Below are positions 1-9,547 of a stretch of 39,843 nt of DNA, piece by piece. The number at the start of each line of letters is the position of its first letter. Positions within the stretch are counted from its first letter, which is position 1. The stretch lies in sequence record SRR22947725_4399. The stretch is one strand, 5' to 3'. The translations under genes were made by a program, and so were the position numbers. Below the pieces are notes generated by a model, which saw nothing but the letters and a program-made list of their open reading frames with translations, was not told where the DNA came from and made no database searches.

Positions 1-58
1 GTAGAGCAGCGGACTGAAAATCCGCGTGTCCCCAGTTCGAATCTGGGTTCAGCCACCA
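1..58 (+). tRNA. tRNA-Phe(GAA), 5' end truncated by window edge
   Basis: Anticodon arm GCGGA-CTGAAAA-TCCGC (GAA at 16-18), T arm CCCAG-TTCGAAT-CTGGG, 3' end AGCCACCA with encoded CCA. Confidence 0.97.
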
Positions 59-205
59 TTTTCCTTTTCTTTGAATAACCCCAGCGCTTGCAAGCCCCGG
101 CGAAATCTATACGGCAGGTAATGCATGATAACTTTATCGCCTCGATGAGGAGCTGGTTATTCTAAAATCGGTCTCTAAGCAGAGACACCGTTCATCATGT
201 ATCTT

Positions 206-3139
206 CTAATGGCTACTTTTTACGAAACCCAAAACGCCCAATAGATCCACAATTTCTTGATCGCTCCTGCCATGTAATAATCCCTCCGGCATGGCCGATA
301 ATTTTGAGGCCTGACGGTCTACAATCGCTGATTTCAGGATTCGGTGCTCATTGCCCTCGATATCCTTCATCTGAAGCTGTTCCTCTCCATCCTCGATAAT
401 TAAACCCGATAACACCGCTCCCAATTCTGTTTCGATGGTGACCATTTCAAATGCAGGATCCATTGTTCTGGATGGATAAAGAATATGTTCCAGGGCTTGC
501 TCTGTTGAATATTTCCTGGATATGTGCGTGAGGTCAGGGCCAAATGCCCTGCCCTTCCCGTTTAATTGATGACAAGTCGCGCATTGGAGCGATGGATCTT
601 CAAAAAAAAGTTGCTCTCCAAGGGCAACCTGAGGGCGGAGTTTGAGAATGTCCTCTATATTGATCTGCTCAGGGTTGATGATTTTTTTTTCAAAATACCT
701 GCTTAAAATTTCTCGAGACAACAATGGCTCAATATCATTGAATACGTTTCGGGCTGAATTTTGCTGGGCTGTAGATAACCAGTCATGGTCCAACGCATAC
801 GCAAGCCCGAGTGCTCCTTGAGAATTTCCCAGTAATTTTTCCAGATCGCGTTCCATTTCTGGCAATGCCTCCTGAGCCAGGATAGTTTTAATCTGCCTCA
901 AGACCCAATCTTTCGAGTTAGTCGCCTTGTCCTTGTTTACTGGCATGGAGCTGATCCAGTCAAAAATATGATTCAGACCATCGATATCCACCCTGGTTCG
1001 TCCAAGGTGCGGCATTTGACCTGATCCGGATTTAGCCATGCGATAATATAAAACGGAGCTAAACGGATCGCCCGGAGCGATTACTTTGGCATCCGCTAAA
1101 TCAAAATTACCGCGCAAGGGCGCTGCTTCAATCAGTGATGCGTCCTGTGTGTGTTTTTCGAAATACATTAACGCGTTGACCATTCCCCCGGCATTCTCAC
1201 GATGGCAATGTGCACAATTTGCGTGGAGATACGATTTGGCTTTGTATTCCAATTCAGTCATGGCTTTTCTTTGCTTGAAAGTTCCGGGTTTTCTCCCAGC
1301 GACCAGCTCCCGCTGGTTTAATGCTTTCCACGAACTCTTGACTGCGGCGGGTGCACGCGGTGTCCCCTGCAGCTGCAGTGAGTTCCACCCCAATGCAAAT
1401 CCACTCCATGAATTATGGCAACGGAGACAATCAGAGCGTGATGAGAATTTCCAATAGTCGATATCGCCTGAGTTGACCAGTGCACCAGCCATCATCTCTT
1501 TCTCCGCTCCGGTGACAATCTGCCCTTCTTTTTCAATCAAATGTCCGTCCTTACCTTCGGCGTCCCATGCGTATGCATAGGCATTCCATGATTGACCGTC
1601 GTAATGGAGCATTTGCGTCTCTATGGGGAGAACACTCTTTTCCCCTGCCTCATCACCCGGCCAAAAAAGAGTTTTCAGAATAACCGCATTAGCTGGGAAT
1701 ACCGAATGCCTAGCTTTCACTTCAATCCCACTGAAGTTGGGCAGCGCAATCCACCGTCTGGCAATGGCCCCGTTTTCCCAGGCTTGCATTTCGATCTCGT
1801 AAGAATGGACACCCGCAGCCATTTGCTGCTTGGCGGTATTTTCAAAAAGCCCGGTAAGGCTCAGTTTTGTCGGAAACGGCAAATGCGCTTCATCCTCGGC
1901 GCGAGGCAGTAATTCAAATAGCCCCCCCGCATAGTCTACAACGTAGAGTTCACCTTCATGATCTTCACCAAAGGTGACGATCTTCAGTGAAGTATCCACC
2001 AGTTCCTGTTGCCAGGTCACGCGGTCTCCTTCGGTTTTTAATCCCCAGATTTTCCCCGTTTCCCAATCCCCGTAGACGTAGGCGCCCCAGAGTTCAGGTA
2101 TTCGTTTTCCTCTGTAAACATAACCTCCGGTAATCGATGCGGCTTCAGAATGTGGATGATCAATAATGGGTGGTTTGAAATCTTCCCCCCCCTTTTTCAA
2201 ACCCGGCTGAATTTCATGATTCCCCTCCATGATGGACCATCCATAGTTCCCTCCTTTTTCAACTCGAAAAATCAACTCCCAAAGCTCCCACCCCACATCG
2301 CCCACCCACAACTGCCCCAGTAATGCATCGAAACTCATCTTGAAAGGGTTTCGAAATCCAAAGGCCCAGATTTCAGGACGAGTATTCTTCGCGTTGACGA
2401 AAGGATTATCATCAGGGATGCCGTATGAAAGTCCCTCATCCTTGCGATCGACATCAATCCTGAGAATGGAGGCAAGCAAATCAGAATTATCCTGCCCAGT
2501 TTTCAATATGTCCGGTGGACTTGGCCCCGAGCCATCACCCGTTGAGATGTACAGATAACCGTCAGGGCCAAATTTGAGGCAACCCCCATTATGCCCCCCA
2601 CCCTTCCAGGTCATGAGTCTCTTTTCCGATTCAGCGACAATTCGGGGAGGATATGTATCGGTGACTTCAAAGCTCGAAACTCGAGTGCCATCAGGTTCGG
2701 CACCTCCTACCACGTAACAGAGGAATACTTGCCGATTTGTCGCAAAGTTTGGATGGAAGGCAAGACCATACACGCTTGAAAATTTGGAGTTAATGGATTT
2801 GAGATGAATCACCTCGTGTTTTTCTGCATCTGATTTCCGTTTGGAGAACGCGTAAATGGCACCGCGTAATTCCACCATCCACATCAAATCACTTCCGGGC
2901 ATGGCGACTAGCTCGACAGGGCTCTTAAATTTCAGTTTCGGATGCAATCCCTCGATTTGATAAGCGTCTTCAGGACCGGGCCGTCCCTTGACTTTGGAGG
3001 TTACCCATGGGACGCGGATTGAATCGGCAGCTGAGGAATTCCAAACAAACAAGCCGACCAATAAAAAAATCATTACTCCCCTCGGTAGCAAGGTGAATTG
3101 CATTTTGCTTGCTGGCAAATGGGTCCCGGGAAAATTCAT
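206..3139 (-). CDS. Exported PQQ-dependent sugar dehydrogenase-family (GSDH beta-propeller) protein with three c-type heme motifs
   Basis: 977-aa ORF; signal-peptide-like N-terminus; GSDH motifs HNGG..FGPDGYLYISTGDG, GFRNP, GDVG, GGNYGW, SITGGYVYRG; CxxCH motifs CLRCH, CAHCH, CATCH; PVC-type C-terminal GPDL..S.MPEGL. Start may be a downstream Met. Confidence 0.85.
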   Translation of the reverse strand: MNFPGTHLPASKMQFTLLPRGVMIFLLVGLFVWNSSAADSIRVPWVTSKVKGRPGPEDAYQIEGLHPKLKFKSPVELVAMPGSDLMWMVELRGAIYAFSKRKSDAEKHEVIHLKSINSKFSSVYGLAFHPNFATNRQVFLCYVVGGAEPDGTRVSSFEVTDTYPPRIVAESEKRLMTWKGGGHNGGCLKFGPDGYLYISTGDGSGPSPPDILKTGQDNSDLLASILRIDVDRKDEGLSYGIPDDNPFVNAKNTRPEIWAFGFRNPFKMSFDALLGQLWVGDVGWELWELIFRVEKGGNYGWSIMEGNHEIQPGLKKGGEDFKPPIIDHPHSEAASITGGYVYRGKRIPELWGAYVYGDWETGKIWGLKTEGDRVTWQQELVDTSLKIVTFGEDHEGELYVVDYAGGLFELLPRAEDEAHLPFPTKLSLTGLFENTAKQQMAAGVHSYEIEMQAWENGAIARRWIALPNFSGIEVKARHSVFPANAVILKTLFWPGDEAGEKSVLPIETQMLHYDGQSWNAYAYAWDAEGKDGHLIEKEGQIVTGAEKEMMAGALVNSGDIDYWKFSSRSDCLRCHNSWSGFALGWNSLQLQGTPRAPAAVKSSWKALNQRELVAGRKPGTFKQRKAMTELEYKAKSYLHANCAHCHRENAGGMVNALMYFEKHTQDASLIEAAPLRGNFDLADAKVIAPGDPFSSVLYYRMAKSGSGQMPHLGRTRVDIDGLNHIFDWISSMPVNKDKATNSKDWVLRQIKTILAQEALPEMERDLEKLLGNSQGALGLAYALDHDWLSTAQQNSARNVFNDIEPLLSREILSRYFEKKIINPEQINIEDILKLRPQVALGEQLFFEDPSLQCATCHQLNGKGRAFGPDLTHISRKYSTEQALEHILYPSRTMDPAFEMVTIETELGAVLSGLIIEDGEEQLQMKDIEGNEHRILKSAIVDRQASKLSAMPEGLLHGRSDQEIVDLLGVLGFVKSSH

Positions 3140-3175
3140 CTGTGACTGGATACCAGCGGTGGTTTAATTTGGCAA
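3140..3175 (-). promoter_or_regulatory. Putative sigma70 promoter (TTGCCA-17-TATCCA, extended -10 TG)
   Basis: Minus strand TTGCCA (3175-3170), 17-nt spacer ending TGG, TATCCA (3152-3147), then 7 nt to ATG at 3139. Confidence 0.5.
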
Positions 3176-3258
3176 TGAGATTGGGAACACGTCCATCCTA
3201 CTTCCACCATGATGTGGCAAGACCGTTGACCAATAAACCACCATACCGCACATCAGGA

Positions 3259-4053
3259 ATGAAGTCTTGGCACGCATCACAGTCATTACCGGCATGTGGT
3301 TTGCTTACTGGCCCTGCTGAGTTGGTTCACTTGCTACAGACTTTTTTCATGTTCCATTGTTTCACCGTAAAAATGTTCAAAAGCATCCCACATGGCTCGA
3401 TATGCGGAGGGAAATCAACTACTCCATTCTTTTCATTATCATTTTCGGGCGCATAGGTATTCTGACCATTGTTGCTAGCAGGTATGGAATGACTCAACTA
3501 CATTGGAGGATTAAAGACCGTGGCTGACCAGGGTTTGGAGCAAGCATTCTACTGACAGTTTTTTACATGGCACTTACTTTTTTACTGGACACACCGTGTC
3601 ATGCATCGTGAGTGCTTTTTCCGGTGGATGCACCACGTGCACCGTCAGTCGGGGAACCCAACATTCTGGGCTTCCTTTTCCTTTGTCCCTTGGGAAACTG
3701 CTGTTCAATCTGGGATATTTCCTTTGACTACCATTTTGTATCCAATCCAACCTCTTGCATTCGGAGTATTCATGAGATGGCAAATATTGAATAAGGTCCT
3801 TGGTCATACCGGGTTTGAGTTTTATCCAAAGCAATGAATGTCCGGCTTGATTGGATCCATCTTCAATACCCCAACCAATCAGATCATGCATCTTGAAAAC
3901 ACAAAGGGTAATTAACGCATTTATTTCAATATTTAAGATCACCTCATGGGTACAAACTTGCCTGATTAGGAAAAACGTTTTATCGAATACACCTCAAACC
4001 CCAAATCAAAAAGCGAAGCAACCTCGGCCGCTCAGCCTGATAAGAAACAATGA
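3259..4053 (+). pseudogene. Sterol desaturase / fatty acid hydroxylase family pseudogene
   Basis: Frame-stitched translation MRREINYSILF..RG*PGFGASILLTVF / LHGTYF / YWTHRVMHR..HHVHRQSGNPTFWASFSF..VLGHTGFEFYPKQ*..NTPTNQIMHLE..GN*RIYFNI*DHLMGTNLPD*EKRF; five in-frame stops, frameshifts in T-runs, degenerate His boxes; 5' boundary approximate. Confidence 0.85.
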
Positions 4054-4125
4054 TTGACCTTTCAAATCCTTGAACTGCCTGATAATTTGAACTCACCAAC
4101 AACGTTGTAACCGCCTAGATCAACC

Positions 4126-5250
4126 ATGCGCCTCCTTGACAGGTATTTAACGAAAGAATTGCTAATCCCGCTGAGCTACTGCCTGACGGGGTTCCTCATC
4201 TTTTGGATTGCGTTCGATTGGCTTGCTACAGCAGAGGACTTTCAAGATGCCAACATGGGTTTTGGAGATATCCTGACTTACTATTGGATTAAAATACCTG
4301 AATTCCTTTCTACGATCCTCCCCATTACTTTACTACTGGCATTACTTTACACCTTGACGCACTTGGCAAAGCATAACGAATTAATCGCCATGCGGGCGGC
4401 TGGTGTCAGCTGGTGGCGGCTCTGCACCCCTTATTTCACAACTGGTATCATTCTCAGCTTGGTCCTATTTGTAATCAACGAGAAGTGGGGTGCAAGAAGT
4501 GCTGAAGCATCGTCCAGACTTATGGACCAGTATCGTGAGGGTACCTCAAACCCCATTGATCACGCTTGGCATGATCAAGCATTTTTTCAGAATTTGCGTG
4601 ATAAGAGAGAATGGATTATTGGAAGGTATAATACCGAAACTCATGAAATGCTGCATCCATATGTCAGTTATGAGGACGGTGACTCCAATGAATTCCGCAT
4701 CGAGGCAAAATCGGCAAAGTGGGAAGATTCAGTCTGGACTTTCTACGATGTGGATGAGATTTATTTTGAATTTGAGGGCGGTGTCAAAGCAGCCAAAAAC
4801 CGTCATTTCAAAGTCCTTCCGAAACCCGAATTCAAAGAAACTCCGCAACAATTTCAAAGCGAACTCAAAATCGCACGATTAAGCAGTGCCAGAATGGCCA
4901 AACAAGCCCAGTTATCCTTGGCTGATATTCGTCATTATTATCAATTGCACCCTGATGTACCTCCCGAAATGAGACCAAAAATCAACACCCAATTTCACGG
5001 GCGAATCGCATGGCCATGGACCTGCTTGATTGTTGTGCTTATCGCCATTCCGTTTGGGGCACCTTCCGGTCGCCGCAACGTATTTGCGGGTGTTGCGATG
5101 AGTATTTTCTTCTGTTTCGCTTACTTTATACTGATGCGTCTTGGTTTGGCATTGGGAACACGAGGCACATTCCCTCCGTGGCTGGCTGCATGGTTGCCCA
5201 ATATCATTTTTGGTGGTGGCGCGATTTGGTTTATTCGTGGTATTCGCTGA
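4126..5250 (+). CDS. LPS export ABC transporter permease, LptF/LptG family
   Basis: N-terminal MRLLDRYL, NELIAMRAAGVS motif, three TM + periplasmic domain + three TM, C-terminal AAWLPNIIF. Confidence 0.92.
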   Translation: MRLLDRYLTKELLIPLSYCLTGFLIFWIAFDWLATAEDFQDANMGFGDILTYYWIKIPEFLSTILPITLLLALLYTLTHLAKHNELIAMRAAGVSWWRLCTPYFTTGIILSLVLFVINEKWGARSAEASSRLMDQYREGTSNPIDHAWHDQAFFQNLRDKREWIIGRYNTETHEMLHPYVSYEDGDSNEFRIEAKSAKWEDSVWTFYDVDEIYFEFEGGVKAAKNRHFKVLPKPEFKETPQQFQSELKIARLSSARMAKQAQLSLADIRHYYQLHPDVPPEMRPKINTQFHGRIAWPWTCLIVVLIAIPFGAPSGRRNVFAGVAMSIFFCFAYFILMRLGLALGTRGTFPPWLAAWLPNIIFGGGAIWFIRGIR

Positions 5251-5257
5251 TAGCTGA

Positions 5258-6337
5258 ATGGAACCTGCAGAAAAAACAATCAACAGCAAGGGGCAAGTCG
5301 CTTCCTTTCGAAGCATGCTTGCGGGAAAGGATCCATTGACAGCCCTGGCTCCGATGCAGGCTGTGTCATCATTGGAATTTTGGCAGGTCATGCAAGAATA
5401 TGGTGGTCCAGACCTTTATTTCACCGAGTATTTCCGGGTCCATTCCACATCAAGACTCAATAAATTCATACTAAGATCGATCGACCAGAATCCTACGGGG
5501 AAACCTGTCATCGCTCAAATGATAGGCAACGACATTCCAGCCCTTATTCGAACTGCGAAAGAATTGGAGCAACATCCTGTCGCTGGCATTGACCTGAATC
5601 TCGGTTGTCCTGCTCCAATTGTTTACAAAAAATGTGCGGGTGGAGGATTACTGAGAGATCCGTTGAGAACCCATCGGATTCTGGGGGCGTTGCGTGATGC
5701 TATTGAAATTCCTTTTTCAGTCAAAACGCGCCTGGGTTTTGAAAACACAGACAACTATGAGGATCTGCTGGATATTTTTTCCCAGCATGATCTGGATCTC
5801 TTGACGGTTCACGGCAGAACCGTCAAACAAATGTATCGTTCTACTGTGGATTACAAGGCGATTCAAAAAGCGGCTAAAACAGTTTCCTTTCCGTTATTGG
5901 CAAATGGCAATGTATACTCGGCTGAACACGCTGCAGAGGTTTTGAACACAACTCAAAGCGCTGGTTGGATGATAGGCCGAGGGGCCATCAGAAACCCCTG
6001 GATTTTCTGTCAAATACGATCAATGCTGAAGGGAGAAGCAGTTGAATTACCAACCGGAAGGGATGTACTAGGCTACATTGAAAATCTTTTTGAAACATTG
6101 ATCATTGACCCGTATGAAGAAAAGTCGCACGTCATGCGTTTAAAAAAATATATGAATTTTATTGCGCTTGGCATTGAGGCTGATGGGATATTCCTGAATG
6201 CGATTCGTCGAACCAGCAGTAAAAAAGAATTCCTTTCTGTTTGCCGTGACCACTTAGATCACACCAGATTAATGCCCCTTGAACCTTACTCCATTCCAGT
6301 AAAACCTTGCGATATACTTGCAGGCGCCCATCGCTAG
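5258..6337 (+). CDS. tRNA-dihydrouridine synthase family protein
   Basis: LAPM, DLNLGCP, VKTRLG, TVHGRT, ANGNV, MIGRGA..NPW motifs. Confidence 0.92.
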   Translation: MEPAEKTINSKGQVASFRSMLAGKDPLTALAPMQAVSSLEFWQVMQEYGGPDLYFTEYFRVHSTSRLNKFILRSIDQNPTGKPVIAQMIGNDIPALIRTAKELEQHPVAGIDLNLGCPAPIVYKKCAGGGLLRDPLRTHRILGALRDAIEIPFSVKTRLGFENTDNYEDLLDIFSQHDLDLLTVHGRTVKQMYRSTVDYKAIQKAAKTVSFPLLANGNVYSAEHAAEVLNTTQSAGWMIGRGAIRNPWIFCQIRSMLKGEAVELPTGRDVLGYIENLFETLIIDPYEEKSHVMRLKKYMNFIALGIEADGIFLNAIRRTSSKKEFLSVCRDHLDHTRLMPLEPYSIPVKPCDILAGAHR

Positions 6338-6366
6338 CCCCTTGCCTAGAAGACCGAGAAAGATTC

Positions 6367-7212
6367 ATGGAAGACACGGAAAAGACATCTATGAGGGAGA
6401 GTTCATTGCATTTCACCTTACTCATACCAGCTTACAATGAGGAGGAACGCATCGCAGGCACCTTGAAAGAATATGCGGAATACTTTCGCAGTCAATTCTC
6501 AGGCGGCATCAAAATCCTGGTGATTCTCAACGGATGTCAGGATGCCACTTTGGAGGTAGTACGTAGCTGCGCGAAGCAATATTCGGAAATCGAGGCCATG
6601 GAGTTCAAGGCACCTATCGGAAAAGGAGGGGCTCTTATCGAAGGCCTCAAACTAGCCCCTCAAACCGACATCATCGGCTACACCGATGCGGATGGTGCTA
6701 CTCCCCCGGAAGCAATGCTCACATTGCTTCGAATATGTTACGAAAACGATGGAGTGATTGGCTCACGCTGGTTACCTGATTCAAAACTACATCAGGCACA
6801 AACATTCACTCGCCGTTTCGTCAGCAGAGTCTTCCATCGTATCGTTCACTGCCTGTTCAGATTGGGATTCAAAGATACGCAATGCCCGGCAAAGGTTTTC
6901 AAGAAGGAACCCATCATCAAAATCCACGATGGCTTGATGATTGCAGACCTGGCATTCGACGTGAACTTACTTTACCTCCTGAAACGCGAAGGATTCGAAG
7001 TCATTGAGGTAGGTACTGAATGGACCGACAAGCTCGGCTCCAAGGTCACTCAAACCCTGTTTCGATCTTCGTTGACCATGTTATTTTCGGTCGTGCGGCT
7101 GAGACTTATTTACTCTCCATTGCGTCGATTGATGCCTTGGTTCAGGCCGCTGGAAGCATGGATTTACAAAAAGCTCCGTGCGCCTCTCTTGACCACGCTA
7201 AAAACCAGATAA
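6367..7212 (+). CDS. Glycosyltransferase family 2 (dolichyl-phosphate beta-glucosyltransferase-like)
   Basis: LIPAYNEE, GKGGAL, TDADGA (DxD), IGSR, DTQC, FDVNLL motifs; start taken at ATG 6367 (6391 possible). Confidence 0.88.
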   Translation: MEDTEKTSMRESSLHFTLLIPAYNEEERIAGTLKEYAEYFRSQFSGGIKILVILNGCQDATLEVVRSCAKQYSEIEAMEFKAPIGKGGALIEGLKLAPQTDIIGYTDADGATPPEAMLTLLRICYENDGVIGSRWLPDSKLHQAQTFTRRFVSRVFHRIVHCLFRLGFKDTQCPAKVFKKEPIIKIHDGLMIADLAFDVNLLYLLKREGFEVIEVGTEWTDKLGSKVTQTLFRSSLTMLFSVVRLRLIYSPLRRLMPWFRPLEAWIYKKLRAPLLTTLKTR

Positions 7213-7437
7213 ATCATGTAACCAGTTTCTGACAGATCCTGTAAAACAATGGAATACAGGCCGTTGAAACGAATCTCCGATCAAAAAATTCTCTGAACCA
7301 TCCTTTTTAATGAAAGATCGTCCTTTGATACTGACTGTGCATATGGAGCGAAGGGTCCTGAGGCTCGATAAAAGGTCCAAATCAAACGTGCATTTTTGCT
7401 TACGTTTTTCGTTCAAATGTGTATAAATCGGCCGTCG

Positions 7438-8400
7438 ATGAAGTATTATCTTGAATTTGAAAAACCGGTTGCGGAATTGCAGCGAAAGCTGGATGAACTC
7501 AAACGCCACGAGGAGTCCAGTGGGCTTGCGATCAGTTTTCAGGATGAAATCTCCCAGATTGAAAGGAAGATAAAAGAAACGAGACAGCAGATTTTTTCCA
7601 ATTTGAACGCGCATCAACGTGTTCAATTGGCTCGGCATCCAAAAAGACCCTACACGCTGGATTACATACAACAGATTTTTACCGATTTTTCTGAATTGCA
7701 CGGCGATAGGCTCTATGCTGACGATCGAGCTATGGTAGGTGGATTTGCCACCCTGGAGGACCAGAAGATCATGGTCGTTGGAACCCAGAAAGGCCGTGAT
7801 ACAAAGGAAAACATCCTGCGGAATTTTGGTTCTGCTCACCCTGAAGGTTATCGCAAAGCACTGCGCTTGATGAAAATGGCGGACAAGTTCAAACTTCCCA
7901 TCGTCACCTTCATAGATACAGCCGGAGCATATCCGGGCATCGGAGCAGAAGAACGCCACATTGCCGAAGCCATTGCGGTCAATCTGCGCGAGATGATGCT
8001 ACTGGAAGTCCCTGTCGTCGCAGTGGTCATTGGTGAGGGAGGATCGGGTGGAGCCTTGGGTATTGGAGTCGCCGATAAAGTGATGATTCTGGAAAACGCC
8101 TATTATTCTGTCATCAGTCCAGAAGGATGCGCTGCCATTCTCTGGAAAAACAGCTCAGCTATCCCAAAAGCTGCTGAATCCTTGCGGATCACCGCTGATC
8201 AGTTGCTATCCTTGAAATTGGTGGATGATATTATTCCTGAACCTCTTGGAGGAGCACAAAATGACATCAATATAGTTTCGGACTCCATGCGATCTTCCAT
8301 TCAAGGCTCACTCAAGGAGCTTCTTGGAATGAGCAAGCAAAAGCGCCTGAAACATCGCTACTCCAGATTCCGGTCTTTCGGAAGATTTGTTGAAGGTTGA
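7438..8400 (+). CDS. accA: Acetyl-CoA carboxylase carboxyltransferase subunit alpha
   Basis: YLEFEKP, ARHPKRP, ELHGDR, EGYRKALR, GAEER, GEGGSGGALG, YSVISPEGCAAILW; start at ATG 7438. Confidence 0.97.
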   Translation: MKYYLEFEKPVAELQRKLDELKRHEESSGLAISFQDEISQIERKIKETRQQIFSNLNAHQRVQLARHPKRPYTLDYIQQIFTDFSELHGDRLYADDRAMVGGFATLEDQKIMVVGTQKGRDTKENILRNFGSAHPEGYRKALRLMKMADKFKLPIVTFIDTAGAYPGIGAEERHIAEAIAVNLREMMLLEVPVVAVVIGEGGSGGALGIGVADKVMILENAYYSVISPEGCAAILWKNSSAIPKAAESLRITADQLLSLKLVDDIIPEPLGGAQNDINIVSDSMRSSIQGSLKELLGMSKQKRLKHRYSRFRSFGRFVEG

Positions 8401-8458
8401 GGGGTTCACCAACCCGACAGCAGGGATAATCCAAACACTCCATATTCATCATTTCCCC

Positions 8459-9409
8459 ATGAAAAAAAGCATTTTGAACCGACGATCATTCCTGAGTAGA
8501 GCTGCCAGTGGAAGCTTGGCAGTCATGGCCAGCAAACTCATTTCACCGACTGATCTGAATGCTGTTGCTCCCTTCAACCGACCAGGCAAAGCCAATCTTA
8601 AATTAGGCCTCGCCGCATACTCGTTACGAGATTATTTCAGGGATGCAAGCCACTCTCGCGAAACCCCTGCCCCCGAATCACAGCAAATTGATATGTTTCA
8701 ATTCATCGACTACTGTGCCGATCTTGGTTGTGAGGGGGCAGAGTTAACAAGTTATTACTTTCCGGAACAATTGGATGATGGCTATCTCCTGAAAATTAAA
8801 AGGCACGCTTTCATGCGGGGAGTGGCAATCAGTGGCACGGCAGTTGGCAATCAATTCACCGATTTACCTGGTTCGGCCAGAACTGAGCAGATTGCTCATG
8901 TCAATAAGTGGATCGACCGGGCCGCCATCATGGGTGCGCCGCACGTCCGCGTGTTTGCCGGCAATGCACCTGCTCAGGGTTCATGGAAAGAAGCCGTTGC
9001 CCGCTGTATTGAAGGATTGAAGCGCTGCTGTGATCACGCGGCGACGAGAGGTGTCTTTTTAGGCATTGAAAACCATGGTGGTATCGTGGCAGAAGCAGAC
9101 CCTCTGATCGAGATCGTGGAAAGCATCGACAGCCCATGGCTAGGTATCAATCTCGATACAGGAAATTTTCACACGAAGGATCCCTACGGCGATATTGCGA
9201 AGTGTGCCCCTTATGCCGTCAACGTCCAGTTGAAGGTCGAGATCGCACCTCGCGGCAAATCCAAGAGCCCATCAGATCTGTCTCGATTGGCTCACATCTT
9301 GCACGGAGCCAATTACCAGGGTTTTGTTGTTCTGGAATATGAAGCTGCTGAGGATCCCTGGAAAGCCATTCCGATGCATGTGGACGCGCTCAAACCTTTG
9401 CTCAGCTGA
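8459..9409 (+). CDS. Tat-exported sugar phosphate isomerase/epimerase (xylose-isomerase-like TIM barrel)
   Basis: NRRSFL twin-arginine motif; GIENHGG, NLDTGNF, LEYE metal-site motifs; start at ATG 8459. Confidence 0.87.
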   Translation: MKKSILNRRSFLSRAASGSLAVMASKLISPTDLNAVAPFNRPGKANLKLGLAAYSLRDYFRDASHSRETPAPESQQIDMFQFIDYCADLGCEGAELTSYYFPEQLDDGYLLKIKRHAFMRGVAISGTAVGNQFTDLPGSARTEQIAHVNKWIDRAAIMGAPHVRVFAGNAPAQGSWKEAVARCIEGLKRCCDHAATRGVFLGIENHGGIVAEADPLIEIVESIDSPWLGINLDTGNFHTKDPYGDIAKCAPYAVNVQLKVEIAPRGKSKSPSDLSRLAHILHGANYQGFVVLEYEAAEDPWKAIPMHVDALKPLLS

Positions 9410-9547
9410 GGAACTGCTCTTGCTGCCATCATCTCTTGTTTAACACCATAATATTTCGACGGTTCGCAACTTTTCAACCAGGTCCATGGCAGGACTCGGG
9501 TTAAAAAATAAGTGCGTTCGTCTCTTGATTACTAACACATCTCATTC

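Noticed and set aside
1..205. tRNA-Phe as integration site of a genomic island
   Set aside because: No integrase follows, no repeat of the tRNA 3' end was noticed in the window, and downstream genes look native
3525..3969. Stop-codon readthrough or alternative genetic code in the desaturase-like region
   Set aside because: TGA, TAA and TAG all occur along with frameshifts and lost His ligands; neighbouring genes use all three codons as normal stops
3109..4057. Short ORFs 3109-3456, 3574-3942, 3601-3837, 3612-3794 and 3851-4057 as independent genes
   Set aside because: Explained as fragments or shadows of the desaturase pseudogene
7198..7959. 253-aa antisense ORF opposite accA
   Set aside because: Shadow ORF on the reverse strand of a conserved gene, no recognisable motifs
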